Below, piece after piece: positions 13,172-25,770 of a stretch of DNA of 49,960 nucleotides. Under the pieces are notes generated by a model. It was given only the letters and a program-made list of their open reading frames with translations, did no database searches and was not told the origin of the DNA. The position numbers were made by a program, and so were the translations under genes. Source of the DNA: Hydrurus foetidus (lineage: Eukaryota); NCBI GenBank assembly GCA_900617105.1, contig UYFQ01000229.1:62001-111960 (forward strand). The letters are read 5' to 3'. Every line of letters begins with the position of its first letter. The stretch's first letter is position 1.

Positions 13172-13182
13172 TTAAATCCAAC
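13172..13182 (-). promoter_or_regulatory. Self-complementary primer-binding site of Copia A (GTTGGATTTAA)
   Basis: Abuts the 5' LTR; exact reverse complement of the LTR 11-mer at 13245-13255. Confidence 0.75.
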
Positions 13183-13477
13183 TGTTGATGCCGCTGGTTT
13201 GAATGCTGCACCAAATGTGAAACGAATGAACGTGTTTCACGAGTGTTGGATTTAAATTATGCGAGATGAGAGTCAATGCGCATGACTAACTGTTGGTGCG
13301 ATTGAGAGTGTTTGGAAATGATAGTTGCGTACGATGTGGATTGTATGTACGACATGCATGGTATGTATGTACGACATGCTTGGTATGTACGCTGCGTACG
13401 GTGTGTGTTACATGTGCTGTACGTGCGCCATGGTATGTACGGTGTGTGTTACACGTGTTGTACGTGCGCTATCAACA
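13183..13477 (-). repeat. 5' LTR of Copia A
   Basis: Direct repeat of 3376-3670. Confidence 0.93.
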
Positions 13478-13681
13478 TATTGTGCCGGTCATATCTATAC
13501 GACGACTTTTTTGGGGGAACCTTTTTTTTGCGGAACAATCCACAGATTTTCGATTTTTTTAACGATTTTTATTTCAAAACCGTGAAAATAATTTTCTTTT
13601 TGCCTCAAAATCCGGTTTTGAGGACTGTTGCGCAAAAAAATCGTTTTTATTTGCAGCTCCGTCGTATTGACCGGCACAATA
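13478..13681. mobile_element. MITE of the same TIR family as 3008-3171
   Basis: TATTGTGCCGGTCA ... TGACCGGCACAATA. Confidence 0.75.
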
Positions 13682-13933
13682 CTAGAGTGGGGTGTTGATT
13701 AATGTCCGATACTGCATCAAATAAATCTAATGCAGCAGCAAATATATATGCTGCAGCAGACAATTAGATGCTACTTCCATATATACATACATCGTACGCA
13801 GTTATCATTTACAAACACTGTCATTTGAATCAACAGCTAGCCATCGACTTCTCGCATAATTTAATTCCAACACTCGTGAAATACGACCTTCGTTTCACTT
13901 CTGTTGTCCCATCAAATCAGTTGCGTCATCGTC

Positions 13934-15012
13934 ATGGTCACATTTCCAGTAACGATACTGGAAATTCCGCGACAACAATTCAGATTATTTAACCGTGCCG
14001 CCGTTGCAGCGTATGGGGCGGCATGCACAACGATCCACCAGCACGGGCTACTTGGCTACATCGTCAACGATACCCAATGGGGACTTCTCCCCGGAAACAA
14101 CATCATTGACCCCGATCCCGAAGTTGCCGATGTCATTCTTCCTCGCCCAACAGTCGTTATTCCGCTCACACCAGCTCCGACAGCAGGTGCTCTCACTATC
14201 AAAGTTTGGGAAAGGAAACTTGCTGACAATATCGCAGTTACTGACAATCTCAGAACGCTTAAAGCCCAACTCATCGCGAGTATACAGCCTGCTGACTTAG
14301 TCACTCTACATGACCCATTCTTTGGCCTACTTAACGTGTCCGCACTGGCTATCATGGCGCATGTGACCGCTTTACACGGCACACTCGATCGCAACGACTT
14401 CGCACATCTACGTGGCCAACTCTCAACCTCCATGACCCACAACGAGTCGTTACAAGATTTCGTCGCCACAGATCAACTTTTACATGCCCAATTCGCGGAA
14501 TCCCAAGAACCTTTATCTGAACTAGATAAATGTCATCAATTTCGTGAAGCAGTGACACAAGCTCACATTCAACACAAGCTCACATTCAACATGCCATCGA
14601 CACGTATCTCGTCGCTCACCCATTGGTCGGCGAGCAAATATTTCTCGCCCTTACTACCCATGTTGTCGAACAAGCTCCCAACTTCGCACCTACTATTGCT
14701 TCGATGGGTTATGCGGCCAACAGTATGTCAGTCACGCACGACCACTTGCCATCCGATCCCTCACTCACAATACTTTCATCACCAGCGTTCTCGGCTCTCC
14801 TTACAGCTGCAGTTAAGGCTGCTCATCCTCCCGCCCGCAAAAAACGCGCCGCTGTCCGCTCTTCTCCTACCCGACCGTATTGCTTCTATCACGGCTATGA
14901 TGGGCATTCCAGTGCGGATTGCCGTCACATGCTGGCGCACGCTTTCCCCGCTGATCAACGTGCCGCGGTAACACATACAGTCTTGCCAGGCGCGTCCACT
15001 AACCGCCTCTGA
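13934..15012 (+). pseudogene. gag: Copia B gag
   Basis: ATG 13934; 17-bp tandem duplication ACAAGCTCACATTCAAC (~14557-14590) shifts the frame; YCFYHG..GH.SADC knuckle; TGA 15010-15012. Confidence 0.85.
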
Positions 15013-18000
15013 CACGTACGAACGGATAGTTCGGTAGATTGTACTGTTGCCGCACAATGTAACTTAACACAATCATCACCAACATCCGTTCCATTCCCTT
15101 TCTGTGCCGATACCGGTTCCACACACACTTTAAGTCGAGAATCTGACGCTCCATACATAGATCAATCAGCTGATTCATTAAATGTGTTGCTTCCCAACGG
15201 GCACACTATGCAATCCATTGGCATATGTCATATTCAACTTCCACACGTGCAGCATCGTCTTGTGGCCCACATATTTTCCGATACAACAACACCTCTCTCC
15301 TGTCTATTGCACAGCTGTGCCATATGAGCTGTACAGCTCTTTTCACATCCACCGCGGTTACTATACTCTACAATCAGCTCACAGTGCTCTCCGCCGTCAA
15401 AACACCTACCACTCACTTTTGGTCGATAAGCTTCCCAGAAGAGTTCTTACGATATGATCCACCCACTGCCAATGCTGTTACCGCATTATCAACCGATGCC
15501 GCCTTCGTTCAGTTCACCCATGCTGCCCTAGGCAGCCCATCTATATCGACGCTTAGTGCCGCTGTCCGCCGCGGATATCTGCACACATATCCCCGCCTCA
15601 CTACCGCGATCTTAGCTGCTCACAAACCGCATACGATGGCAACAGCACAAGGACATCTCGATCAACATCGACAAGGTCAACACTCCACCAACGTCCCCAT
15701 CCGCACGTTCGATGTTGATGGCTCGCTCGACGACAACGTTCAGGATCCGCCCGAAAATGATGTACTCACCCCACCCAACGCATACACTCAGGTCGTTCTT
15801 GCTTCACAAACATTGCACTCAGACCTCACAGGACGATTTCCTGTCACATCGCGAAATGGTGCACAATACTTGTTTGTATCCGTTCTCGACGGTTATATTC
15901 ATACAGAAACCATGAAAACCCGACACCATACAGAGTATGTTGCTGCTTACAAACGCACACTGAATTTCTTTGCGCGCTTTGGACGGTGCCCTGCATTCCA
16001 ACGCCTTGACAACGAAACTTCAGCGCCCTTAGAAGCGTTCGCCCTGGCTAACAACATTACCATACAATATTGTCCGCCTCACACACACCGCTCGCTCAAA
16101 GCGGAACGTGCAATCCGCACACTGAAAAATCATCTTGTCGCCACACTGTGCACTGCAGACCCCGACTGCCCCCTCAATTTATGGGACGAAATGCTACCGC
16201 AAGCAGAACTATGTCTTAACCACCTCATTCCGTACTCTCCTAATGTAACCGTTTCAGCATACGCTGGTATGCATGGAGGCGCCTTCGACTTTGCCGCACA
16301 TCCGATCGCTCCTATAGGAACCCGAGTATTAATTCACGATAAACCAGCTGTACGAGCCTCATGGGCTCCGCATGGTGTTCCGGGTTATTACTTAGGCCCC
16401 GCACTTCAACACTATCGCGCATAATATCGTGTTTGGTCCACGTCAACCAACACAACGCGTGTCACGGACACCGTTGCGTGATTCCCGTATAAACTCACGG
16501 TTCCCGGACCGTCCGCCCATGACACTCTTACGAGCACCATACACAATCTTCGTATAGCTCTTCGTGACTTCGCTGCCACCACTCAAGCACTACGGCACAT
16601 GGCACAGCCAGTCTCTACACTAATAGACAACGTCACAGCTAACCTACACACAGTCGCCAATATGCATCTACCACCGTCACCCGCCGTACCCCAACCACCT
16701 CTCCTCCACATTCCTGCCGTAGAACAGAGGGTGGTCACTGAAGCATCTGACACACGTACCGGTCTCGAACAGAGACATCCTGTCAACCCACTCGTCCCCG
16801 ACGCAGGGAGAGACACTCTAATCGGCCCTAACATCCTTCTGCACGCCCCACAAAGACCATCCATCCCAGTTCCTCCGCACATTACCACGTCATCTTTTCA
16901 GCCCGCGTCCGCTAACACAGCGCTTAATCTCGATGACCGCGGTCAACCGCTCACCTATGCGTCAGCAAAATCAGGCACAAACGCACCACATTGGCAGCAT
17001 GCTGAGTCTGAAGAACTTGACCGTCTCCTAGCAACCCACACTATTCGTCCTCTTCAATACAGCGACCAACCACTTCACCGTCGGCAAGACACAACGTACT
17101 ACAGCCCACAGACAAAAGAAAAAGGAACTCCCGACGGACAGCGCACGTATCGCATTCGTGGCACTATAGGAGGAGACAGAGTTAACTACCCTGGACCCAC
17201 AACAGCGCGCACTGCTGCAATGTCGCTTGTCAAAATTCTCATACATTCAGTCATCTCAGACAACGCCCAATGGCTTACCATTGACATCAAGGATTTTTAC
17301 CTCAACACTCCCCTGCCACGGCCAGAATATCTTCGAATTCAGTCCAAGTTCCTACCTACCGACATCATAGTGAAGCACAATCTCACTCCGTATCTACGCA
17401 ACGACTCCATTCTCTTTGAAGTGAATAAAGGCATGTATGGCTTACCCCAAGCTGGACTCCTTGCCCAACAACGCCTTATCACGCGTCTCGCTAAACATGG
17501 TTATCACCAAACTAACACAGCCTGCTTATTCCGACACGGCTCCAACGGCACTGTATTTTCCTTCGTAGTCGACGACTTCGGTGTCAAATACACCACCAAG
17601 CAAGGAGCACAGCATCTCATTACCACGCTACAGACCCTTTATCCCATCACCATCGACTGGACCGGCGCTAAATATCTCGGTTTCAGCATTCAGTTTGATA
17701 GATCACAGCGCACTGTCACGCTCGCTATGCCAGGGTACATTGCCAAGACCCTTCAACGCTTTGCTCCTACACTCACCAGCGGCGCCAATTCACCAGCCAT
17801 ATACATTCCCCCCAACTATGAAGTCGGACAACAGACACCACACGTAGACACCAGCGACCCCTTGTCCGACTCTGAAACCAGCACGCTGCAAGAACTTGTT
17901 GGATCTCTTCTATACTATGCACGAGGCGTCGATGTCACGATCCTGCCTGCCGTCACTCATTTGGCTTCACTACAAACACGTCCAACACAACACGTACTTC

Positions 18001-18623
18001 AAGCTTCCCAACGCTTGCTTGCATACTGTGCCAGATATCCAAATAATGCCCTGCGTTATCACGCGTGCGACATGACATTGCACATTCAATCAGATGCATC
18101 CTATCTCTCTCGTCCCAATGCCCGATCTGTCGCTGGAGCCATTTCTATCTTTTCAACCGCTCACATTAATGGGTCTATTCATGTACTCAGCACAATTATT
18201 CCTTCCGTTGTCTCATCGGTCGCTGAAGCTGAATACGCCGCCCTCTTTATCGCCGGTCAGGAAGCAGTATCGCTCCGGAACACTTTGCATTCATTAGGAT
18301 ACTCACAAGGACAAACCGTCATTCTTTGTGATAACAAGTGCGCAGAAGACATTGCATTGGATACTATCAAACCCAAACGTACCAAGAGCATAGACATGCG
18401 GTACCACTGGATTAGAGACCGCATCCAACAGCAGCACTTCATTGTCGCTTGGCGCAAGGGCGTCGACAATCTTGCCGACTTCTTCACCAAACCTCTCCCT
18501 GTTCACGTTCATCAATCTCTTATGCCTCTCCTAGTACACACACCACCAGCTTCTCTCTCGGCCCGCAACTCCTCGTCAGCAGCCCGGGCAGCTAAATGGT
18601 CTGCCCAATTGCACAAGAAATAA
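15013..18623 (+). pseudogene. pol: Copia B pol (PR-IN-RT-RNase H), disrupted
   Basis: ADTGST protease; HSDLTG / RLDNE / AERAI integrase; GMYGLPQAG and VVDD RT; SDAS, EAE, CDN, ADFFTKP RNase H; frameshift ~15280, stops at 16422 and ~16479. Confidence 0.92.
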
Positions 18624-20529
18624 CCTCATTTGGCAAAACGCACATGCCCTGCCGACCGCCTTGTGTACATGCTTCGCCCAAGACCCGCTAAGGGCGTCCC
18701 GTTCCGACTTCACACTACACAGCGGCGGTACGGGGCATTCACCTTCCGGCCGACAACTCCTACTACCCTGCGGCCGAATCCCCTCTTACGTGTTGGAGGT
18801 TTCGAACCACGGGCCTCTCAGTTACAACTGGATCATATTAATCAGCTGCGTCAGTACGCGCTGGGAAAAAGATGACATTACAACTACCTGTTCCCACATT
18901 CACATGTTTGAGAGGGTGTGTTGATTAACGTTCGATACTGCATCAAATAAATCTAATGCAGCAGCAAATATATATGCTGCAGCAGACAATTAGATGCTAC
19001 TTCCATATATACATACATCGTACGCAGTTATCATTTACAAACACTGTCATTTGAATCAACAGCTAGCCATCGACTTCTCGCATAATTTAATTCCAACACT
19101 CGTGAAATACGACCTTCGTTTCACTCCTGTTGTCCCATCAAATCAGTTGCATCAACATGGGGAACCCTTTATTTCTTAAACTCCAATTAAGAACGCTTTT
19201 TTTCCGAAAGTTTTACGGAAATGACTCTAAAGCCGTGAAATAAAATATCGTTTAAAGGGTGAATATAGGACCCCTGAGAAGTACGAAATCGATATCCGGA
19301 ATGTGGAAAACGTCTCACACGGAATTTTTAAATACGGAAATGGCATAGTTGGGATCTGACATTTTTCAAAACTTCAATGGAACATCACAATCGACATGAG
19401 GCATTCTCTGCAGATCACACCAGATGCAGCAGCTGACCAATAAATTCCGCTGCTGTGGCTTTTCTCCAACTCTGGTTTGCAGGGGGCATTTTGCCCCCCT
19501 CCATGTTCGCTTTCTCCTCGAAAAACTTTTGAACAACTTTCTGAACAACTTTTGGTGCAATCGGCACTGTTTATTTCATAGCAGTATTCTCTTTCGCTGA
19601 GGCCATCATGATCAAAAAAGGATTCATATTCTTGGATACGGGGGAGGACAATTTTGCAACGCAGACAGATACTGATCTTTAAAACGTCAGAAAGTTGTCG
19701 GGACACGTTTGCAAATGTCGCAAAGTTGCAGCAGACAACGTTTCCTTTCCATCCTACGGGGACCGATTGAACTATCTTACGGTTAACCGGTTAGCTTTGC
19801 TTTAACGGTATCTTTTTAGCCGTCCACGACCAGATTCGGCTAGTTGCAGAATCCGTTTCACGAAAATTGGGCTAAAATCGTACATTGACTTCAATTAAGA
19901 AATGATTATTCTGACACATTTAGACCCCCTAAAACGCAGCAAAACATTTAGACAACGCAGCAAAAATTAGATAGCCTACAATATTCTAGAGTATCAGACG
20001 AGTACAGAAATGTACTCAGAAGTACCATCCGGTTGATAGTCCGTTTATTAGAATTAATCTTGGAGAGCAGTTCTTAATTAGGTCCCCCGGCGTTTAATAC
20101 GCCGGATAATCCAACCGGATACTCCATTTTGGTGGACTTCCACCTTCCACCGTGTGTACTGTGTGTCGGAATAACTTTGTGATAAGTAACCGTATAAGTT
20201 ATTACGTATGTACATTTAATGACGTTTCGTACGTCGTGTGCCACGTGGAGGTCGCTACTCCACCGATCCAAGTTCTTTTTCCACATCCAGGAACATTAAA
20301 AATGAAAGTACACCATGTTTGACTGTGCGGGACAGATCGAATTTCTCGACTGTCTCCATGAACGATGTAAGCTACGTTGCATTGTTAATTACCTTAAACA
20401 TCACACCAAACCCACTTTCGCCTTGAGCCCGGGAAAGTGATCAGAAGCCAGGTTGAAGTTGCAGAAGGAGAGCGGACCCAGGAAGGATTTAGTTGCCCAT
20501 TCAGTGGAACTAAAGCGTGGACTCCAACA

Positions 20530-20540
20530 TAATTAACAAT
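20530..20540 (+). promoter_or_regulatory. Self-complementary primer-binding site of Copia D (TAATTAACAAT)
   Basis: Abuts the 5' LTR; exact reverse complement of ATTGTTAATTA at 20381-20391. Confidence 0.8.
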
Positions 20541-20554
20541 TGCACTTTCATCCT

Positions 20555-21666
20555 ATGAAAGGAAAAGTTGCAGACAAGAAACCTTCTGGCAAGGGCGGCC
20601 CTGCCAACGGCGGCAGAGGCAATGCTGGCCGTGGAGGCTTCAAGCCTCTACCCCGAACAGGACCGGTAGCGGCCATAGGCGCGTTCCTGGATTTGGGGAA
20701 GGAAATGAACCATGGTAGCGTAAGCGCATGGATGAGAAAATTTAGAGAGTATACGCGGATCAAGTATAAATCAGACATTTGTGACATATTTGGAAACGAA
20801 GGCATACCGGGAGAATATCCCGTCCAAGTGGCTCCTGCCGATATAGCGGAGGACGCGAACTTCATGCAAATTGCAAGATGGAAGAAAACACTGGACCTCT
20901 ACGACAAGAAAATGATCGAACTAGAGACCGACAAGAAGCAGGTTTTCGGCCTGATGCTAGGTCAGATAAGCGGGACGTCTAAGGCGACTATCCGCGAAAC
21001 TGAACCGGGCCTGGCCGCGATCACAGCGGAGAACCCGCTATTATTCATGAGAGCCATCATACTCACCCACCTGTCCGACCCGAAGCTGGGAGCAGATGAG
21101 AACTTACTACGGGTAAGGATGGCCTATGAGACCGTAAGAATGGAGCCCAACGATGTCCTCAAGTACTACTACCAGCGCTTCAAAGCCCTGAAGACTGGAT
21201 ACGATGACACCAAACGGGTCCTAGGGATCGAGCCGGTGTATACACCGGCCATGACCATACACGAGAACCTTCTCACGGGTATGAAGTTCATGAAGGGACT
21301 CAACTCGGGGTATAAACAGTTCGTAGAATACTACGAGCATGGGATCAAGGACTGGCCAGATTTGCTAGATGAAGCGTACTTAGAGATGGCTAAGGTGACT
21401 CCCAGAAAACCGGCCGGAACGGGCCCACCTAACCAATCTAATATCTTTGCAGTGAAAACAGCTGGAGGAGAAAAAACAGTAGGTAGAGAGAAGGGAAGTC
21501 AACTGGGGATGCGGGAAAAGGGAAGGGTGCACGTCCGGGATACGGCACCCGACCCGGGATTTGTAATTCATGTAAGGAACCGGAACACTATGCATATGAG
21601 TGCACTGCCCAGGTGAGCCAATCGGCTGCATCAGCAGCCAGTGGACACTCGAAATCGGTAAACTAA
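20555..21666 (+). pseudogene. gag: Copia D gag (one frameshift ~21500)
   Basis: ATG 20555; RGG-rich N-terminus; CNSCKEPEHYAYEC knuckle in the shifted frame; homologous to E gag. Confidence 0.85.
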
Positions 21667-24600
21667 ACGCATTACATTATTCCTCACCCACACACGCACC
21701 CCCACACACACACACACCCGTACATGCACTTACCTCCACCGGTCCACGTTTGGCTGACTCCACTAGCGGGGTTAAATCGTGCGACCGTATTGTATTTAGT
21801 GCAAACACTTGTAATATATACAACGCAATTAAAACAAAACACATACTGCTTGATACTTGTGCTGGTGAGTCGGTATTCAACGACTCATCCCTGTTATACA
21901 ATGTAAAATCTGCCACCACTCCCATGATTGTTAGCGGGGTGAATCCGAAAGGAAAACCGCATTGCCGAATCAGCGTTCGGCAATGTATATTATAGCCCTG
22001 ACTGTACTGGTAACATACTGTCTTTCGGTAATGCTGTACGTGACTGTACTGATGTTATGTACTTACATGACCATGACTGTTACATAGTACAGGATGTCAC
22101 TGGTAACTATTTCTACAGATTCTCGCGAGATGAATCTATGAATATATACCAGTGCAACCTCGACACTATGGTGACTAAATGCATGCCACTATTAGTTACA
22201 ACCGTAGAAGAGAAAAAGAAGAAGTATACAGTTAGAGAGGTCAGAGACGCTCCGCTAGCTAGAGACTATCAGCGTAAGCTAGGTTACGCTAGCGCAGCAC
22301 AAACTATCAAGTTGATATCCCAAGGGAATTTGACTAACAGTAAAGTGACTGCGCGAGACGTACACCGAGCAGTAGACATATGGGGACCAGACATTGGATC
22401 CCTAAAGGGTAAAACTACTAGCCACCAAGCTAAGCTAGAAGAGAAGTTACCTCTTATAGGCACAGAGTATAAGACAGAACAGATCATGTACATTGATATA
22501 ATGTTTGTCAACCAAATACCTTACCTAGTATCAGTTGTACAGCCTATTGAATTCCTGTTTGTTAGCAAGCTAGCCAAGAGAGATCACAAGACACTATGGA
22601 ACAGTCTAAAGACAGCCATAGCAGGCATGACTAAGTATCACTTTAAGATTAAGATGATAAGAGTAGACGGTGAAGGCGCCATAAACACCGAATGGTTCCA
22701 CAACAAAGTCAGTCTCAGAGGTATCATTCTAGATGTTACCGGAGCCGGGGAAGCCGTAGCCGTAGTGGAGCGTAAGATTAGACATATCAAAGAGAGAGTC
22801 AGATCAATTATTAACACGCTGCCATTTGAATTAAGCGAGAAAATTGAAGTATGGTTAGTTAAGTACGCAGTCAGTAGAATTGTATTAGCCCCCACACGTA
22901 ACTCTATAGATCACATCAGCCCACGAGAGAAACTTAGTGGTAGAAAGATTGATGTAGACAAAGAGATTAAGCATGGCTTTGGTGATTATGTTCAAGTGCA
23001 TAATGATGTTATTGATAACTTCACCAAACCAAGAACAGCCGGGGCCATAGCACTTATGAGCTCCGGCAATCTAGAAGGTTCATGGTACTACATGTTGTTA
23101 GCAAATGAACAGATTGTTAAACGTACAAAAGCAACTGTACTACCCATGCCTCACGAAGTTGTGTTGTATTTAAATAACCTAGCAGCGAATAGAAAAACTG
23201 CCAATGTAAAACAACCTGTATTCGAGAATAGTCACACTGTATTCAATGATAATGATGATGTTGACGATGACCCTGAATATATTGGTGACATTGAATACGA
23301 CATCATAGATGAATCTGCTGATGCAGAAGAAACTGATGAAGTAGTTACCGAAGACAACCAATACTATAACAACGATACATACCCAGAATCACAACTGGAT
23401 ATGTATGATGAAAATCAGCCACCGACGTTAGACGAGTATGTAGATGACACACTATATATGAATGACACAACTAACGCCAATGACGAACTATATTACGATG
23501 AACACACACATGATGATTCGAATCAATACGAAACACATGAGCGTTCACCAAAATATGATCAAGTATTAATTGACGATATATTTGGTATCAGCGATGATGA
23601 AAATGACTTTGATGATGTAATACAACCTGAAGCATTAACACCACCTGATGTAATACAGACAGAATATAACTCACCTGTACTACGTAGAAGTGGTAGAAAC
23701 CACCAACCAGGCAAATGGAATAAGAAATACGTTGGTAGCATGTTTTATAATAATACACACTTGTATAAAATGACTGTTACTGAAGGTATTAATAAGTTAG
23801 GGGTGCTAGCTGTCGACTCCATTACATCCGAACTAAAACAAATGTGCGACAAGGATGTATGGGAAGGCGTAACTTATGAATCACTTACCCCTAAACAAAA
23901 ACGCACCATCATACCGAGTAGTATGTTTCTAAAAGAAAAGTACACGGCTGATGGTATGTTTGAAAAACTTAAATCTAGACTAGTAGCCGGTGGGCACTTA
24001 CAAGATAGAGATGTGTATAACAACGGCGCGTCTCCGACTGCTAGCACATCCAGCGTATTTATACTAACTGCGATTGCTGGTAAACAGAACCGTGCCATTG
24101 CCACTGTTGATTTCCCCGGTGCATTCCTGAATAGCGATATGCCGCTGACCGGTGACCATGTTGTATACATGCGATTAAATAAACAACTGACTGCTGCACT
24201 AATACAAATAGATGCAACATATAACAAATACATAAATAAGAATGGAACATGTATCGTGAAACTAAAGAAAGCTTTATATGGATGTGTAGAATCTGCTAAG
24301 AGATGGTATGACAAACTATCCAGCGATTTGAATAAACTCAATTATACTGCAAACGAATACGACATCTGCGTATTCAATAGAACCGAAACTGATAACACAC
24401 AAACCTCATTAGTAATTCATGTTGACGACATAATTATTACTGCTTCAACTGAATCCTGCGTGGATGAGGTTATAAAGCAGATTGAAACTATATACCCCGG
24501 TCTAACCAAACACCGCGGCAAAGTTTTAAATTACATAGGTATGACCTTCGACTTCAATAACGAAGGAGTAGTCAAGATGACGATGGAAGGGTTTGTAAAA

Positions 24601-25491
24601 GATCTCATTGAGGGGTGCACCGACATGCCGGGCACGGCTACCACTCCTGCACGGCCCAATCTGTTTGCTATACCTGATGAATCTAACCCATTATTACCTG
24701 ATGACTTGCGTGAGCGTTTCCACTCCATTACAGCTAAGCTACTGTACCTGAGTAAGAGGACTAGGCCGGACATTCTCACGGCCGTAGCATTCCTCACCAA
24801 GCGGGTGCTGAAGCCCCAAAGGGATGACTACGACAAGCTATCCCGTACGATCCAGTACATACGGGGTACCCAGCACATGGGTATTACATTTGAAGTACAT
24901 GAACCTATCCATGTTACTGCATATATCGACGCATCCTTTGCCATACACCCCGACATGAAAAGCCATACAGGTAGCGTGGTCACATTGGGGAAGGGGGCAA
25001 TTTATGCCAAGAGCGGGACACAGCGCCTGATGACCAAGTCCAGCACAGAGGCCGAGCTAGTCGCACTCAGCGACGCCGCCAACCAAGTGCTATGGACCAG
25101 GAACTTCCTGGAGAGCCAAGGACACCCACAGCCTCCCGCACTAGTGTACCAGGACAACCAGTCCACGATACAGTTAATTCGTAACGGTCGTTCTAATAGT
25201 GAACGTACACGTCACGTCGACATACGGTATTTTTTCCTGCACGACAGGATTACCACAGGCGATATCGACATTGTCTACTTACCTACTACTGACATGATCG
25301 CAGATATCCTAACCAAGCCATTGCAGGGGGAGCTATTTAGGAAGCTGAGGAAGCAGCTACTCAACATCCCCCCCCTCTCCATTACCTATGCAGAAGGCTG
25401 CAAGACCGAGGATCACGTGGACCCACCACCTACTCCCACGCGGCAAAAGACCAACCCACACTTCCAATATCCATCTGGGAAGAAGACTTGA
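21660..25491 (+). pseudogene. pol: Copia D pol (frameshift/deletion ~21965; 1144-aa IN-RT-RH ORF intact)
   Basis: LLDTCAGES protease; YIDIMF / RVDGE / VERKI integrase; KSRLVAGG, KALYGC, HVDD RT; YIDAS, EAE, QDN, ADILTKP RNase H. Confidence 0.93.
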
Positions 25492-25770
25492 TGCTAGCGA
25501 CGAAGACACCAAGACTACATCACTCCCTACTGCCCCCCTCCATCATACCCTACTAAACCACCGCTGTCCGCTTCAGCCGAAGACTGATTCAGAAGACCCC
25601 AAGACTCCGTCATTCCTGCTGCCCCCCTCCATCCATTCCTACTACCCCATCAATGCGCATAATGACAAAGACCCCAAGACCACATCTGTTCCTCCTACCC
25701 CCCTCCGTCATTTTCCTACTGCCCCGTCAAGTGAGAATCGAAACCAAGACCCGATCACTCAAGACCCCAA
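25400..25770 (+). repeat. Degenerate ~90-bp tandem repeats at the pol end/3' UTR of D
   Basis: Recurrent GAAGAC(A/C)CCAAGAC...CCT(A/G)C(T/C)GCCCCCCTCC units. Confidence 0.6.

Larger units (their letters stand above)
3376..13477 (-). mobile_element. Copia LTR retrotransposon A, internally deleted and carrying nested element fragments
   Basis: 295-bp LTRs 3376-3670 and 13183-13477 (TGTTG...CAACA, ~3 mismatches); 5-bp TSD TATTG; only the gag N-terminus and RNase H tail remain, both homologous to element B. Confidence 0.93.
13693..19157 (+). mobile_element. Copia LTR retrotransposon B (near full length, disabled)
   Basis: LTRs 13693-13924 (3' end and PBS deleted) and 18919-19157; TSD TGGGG; domain order gag-PR-IN-RT-RH. 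Confidence 0.95.

Noticed and set aside
19366..19706. Possible decayed mariner transposase (FFDHDG, RRKR..W)
   Set aside because: Only scattered residues over two frames and no TIR pair; not supportable without a profile search
22284..24800. Antisense ORFs over pol genes (also in B and E)
   Set aside because: Shadow frames of the coding strand with no recognisable motifs
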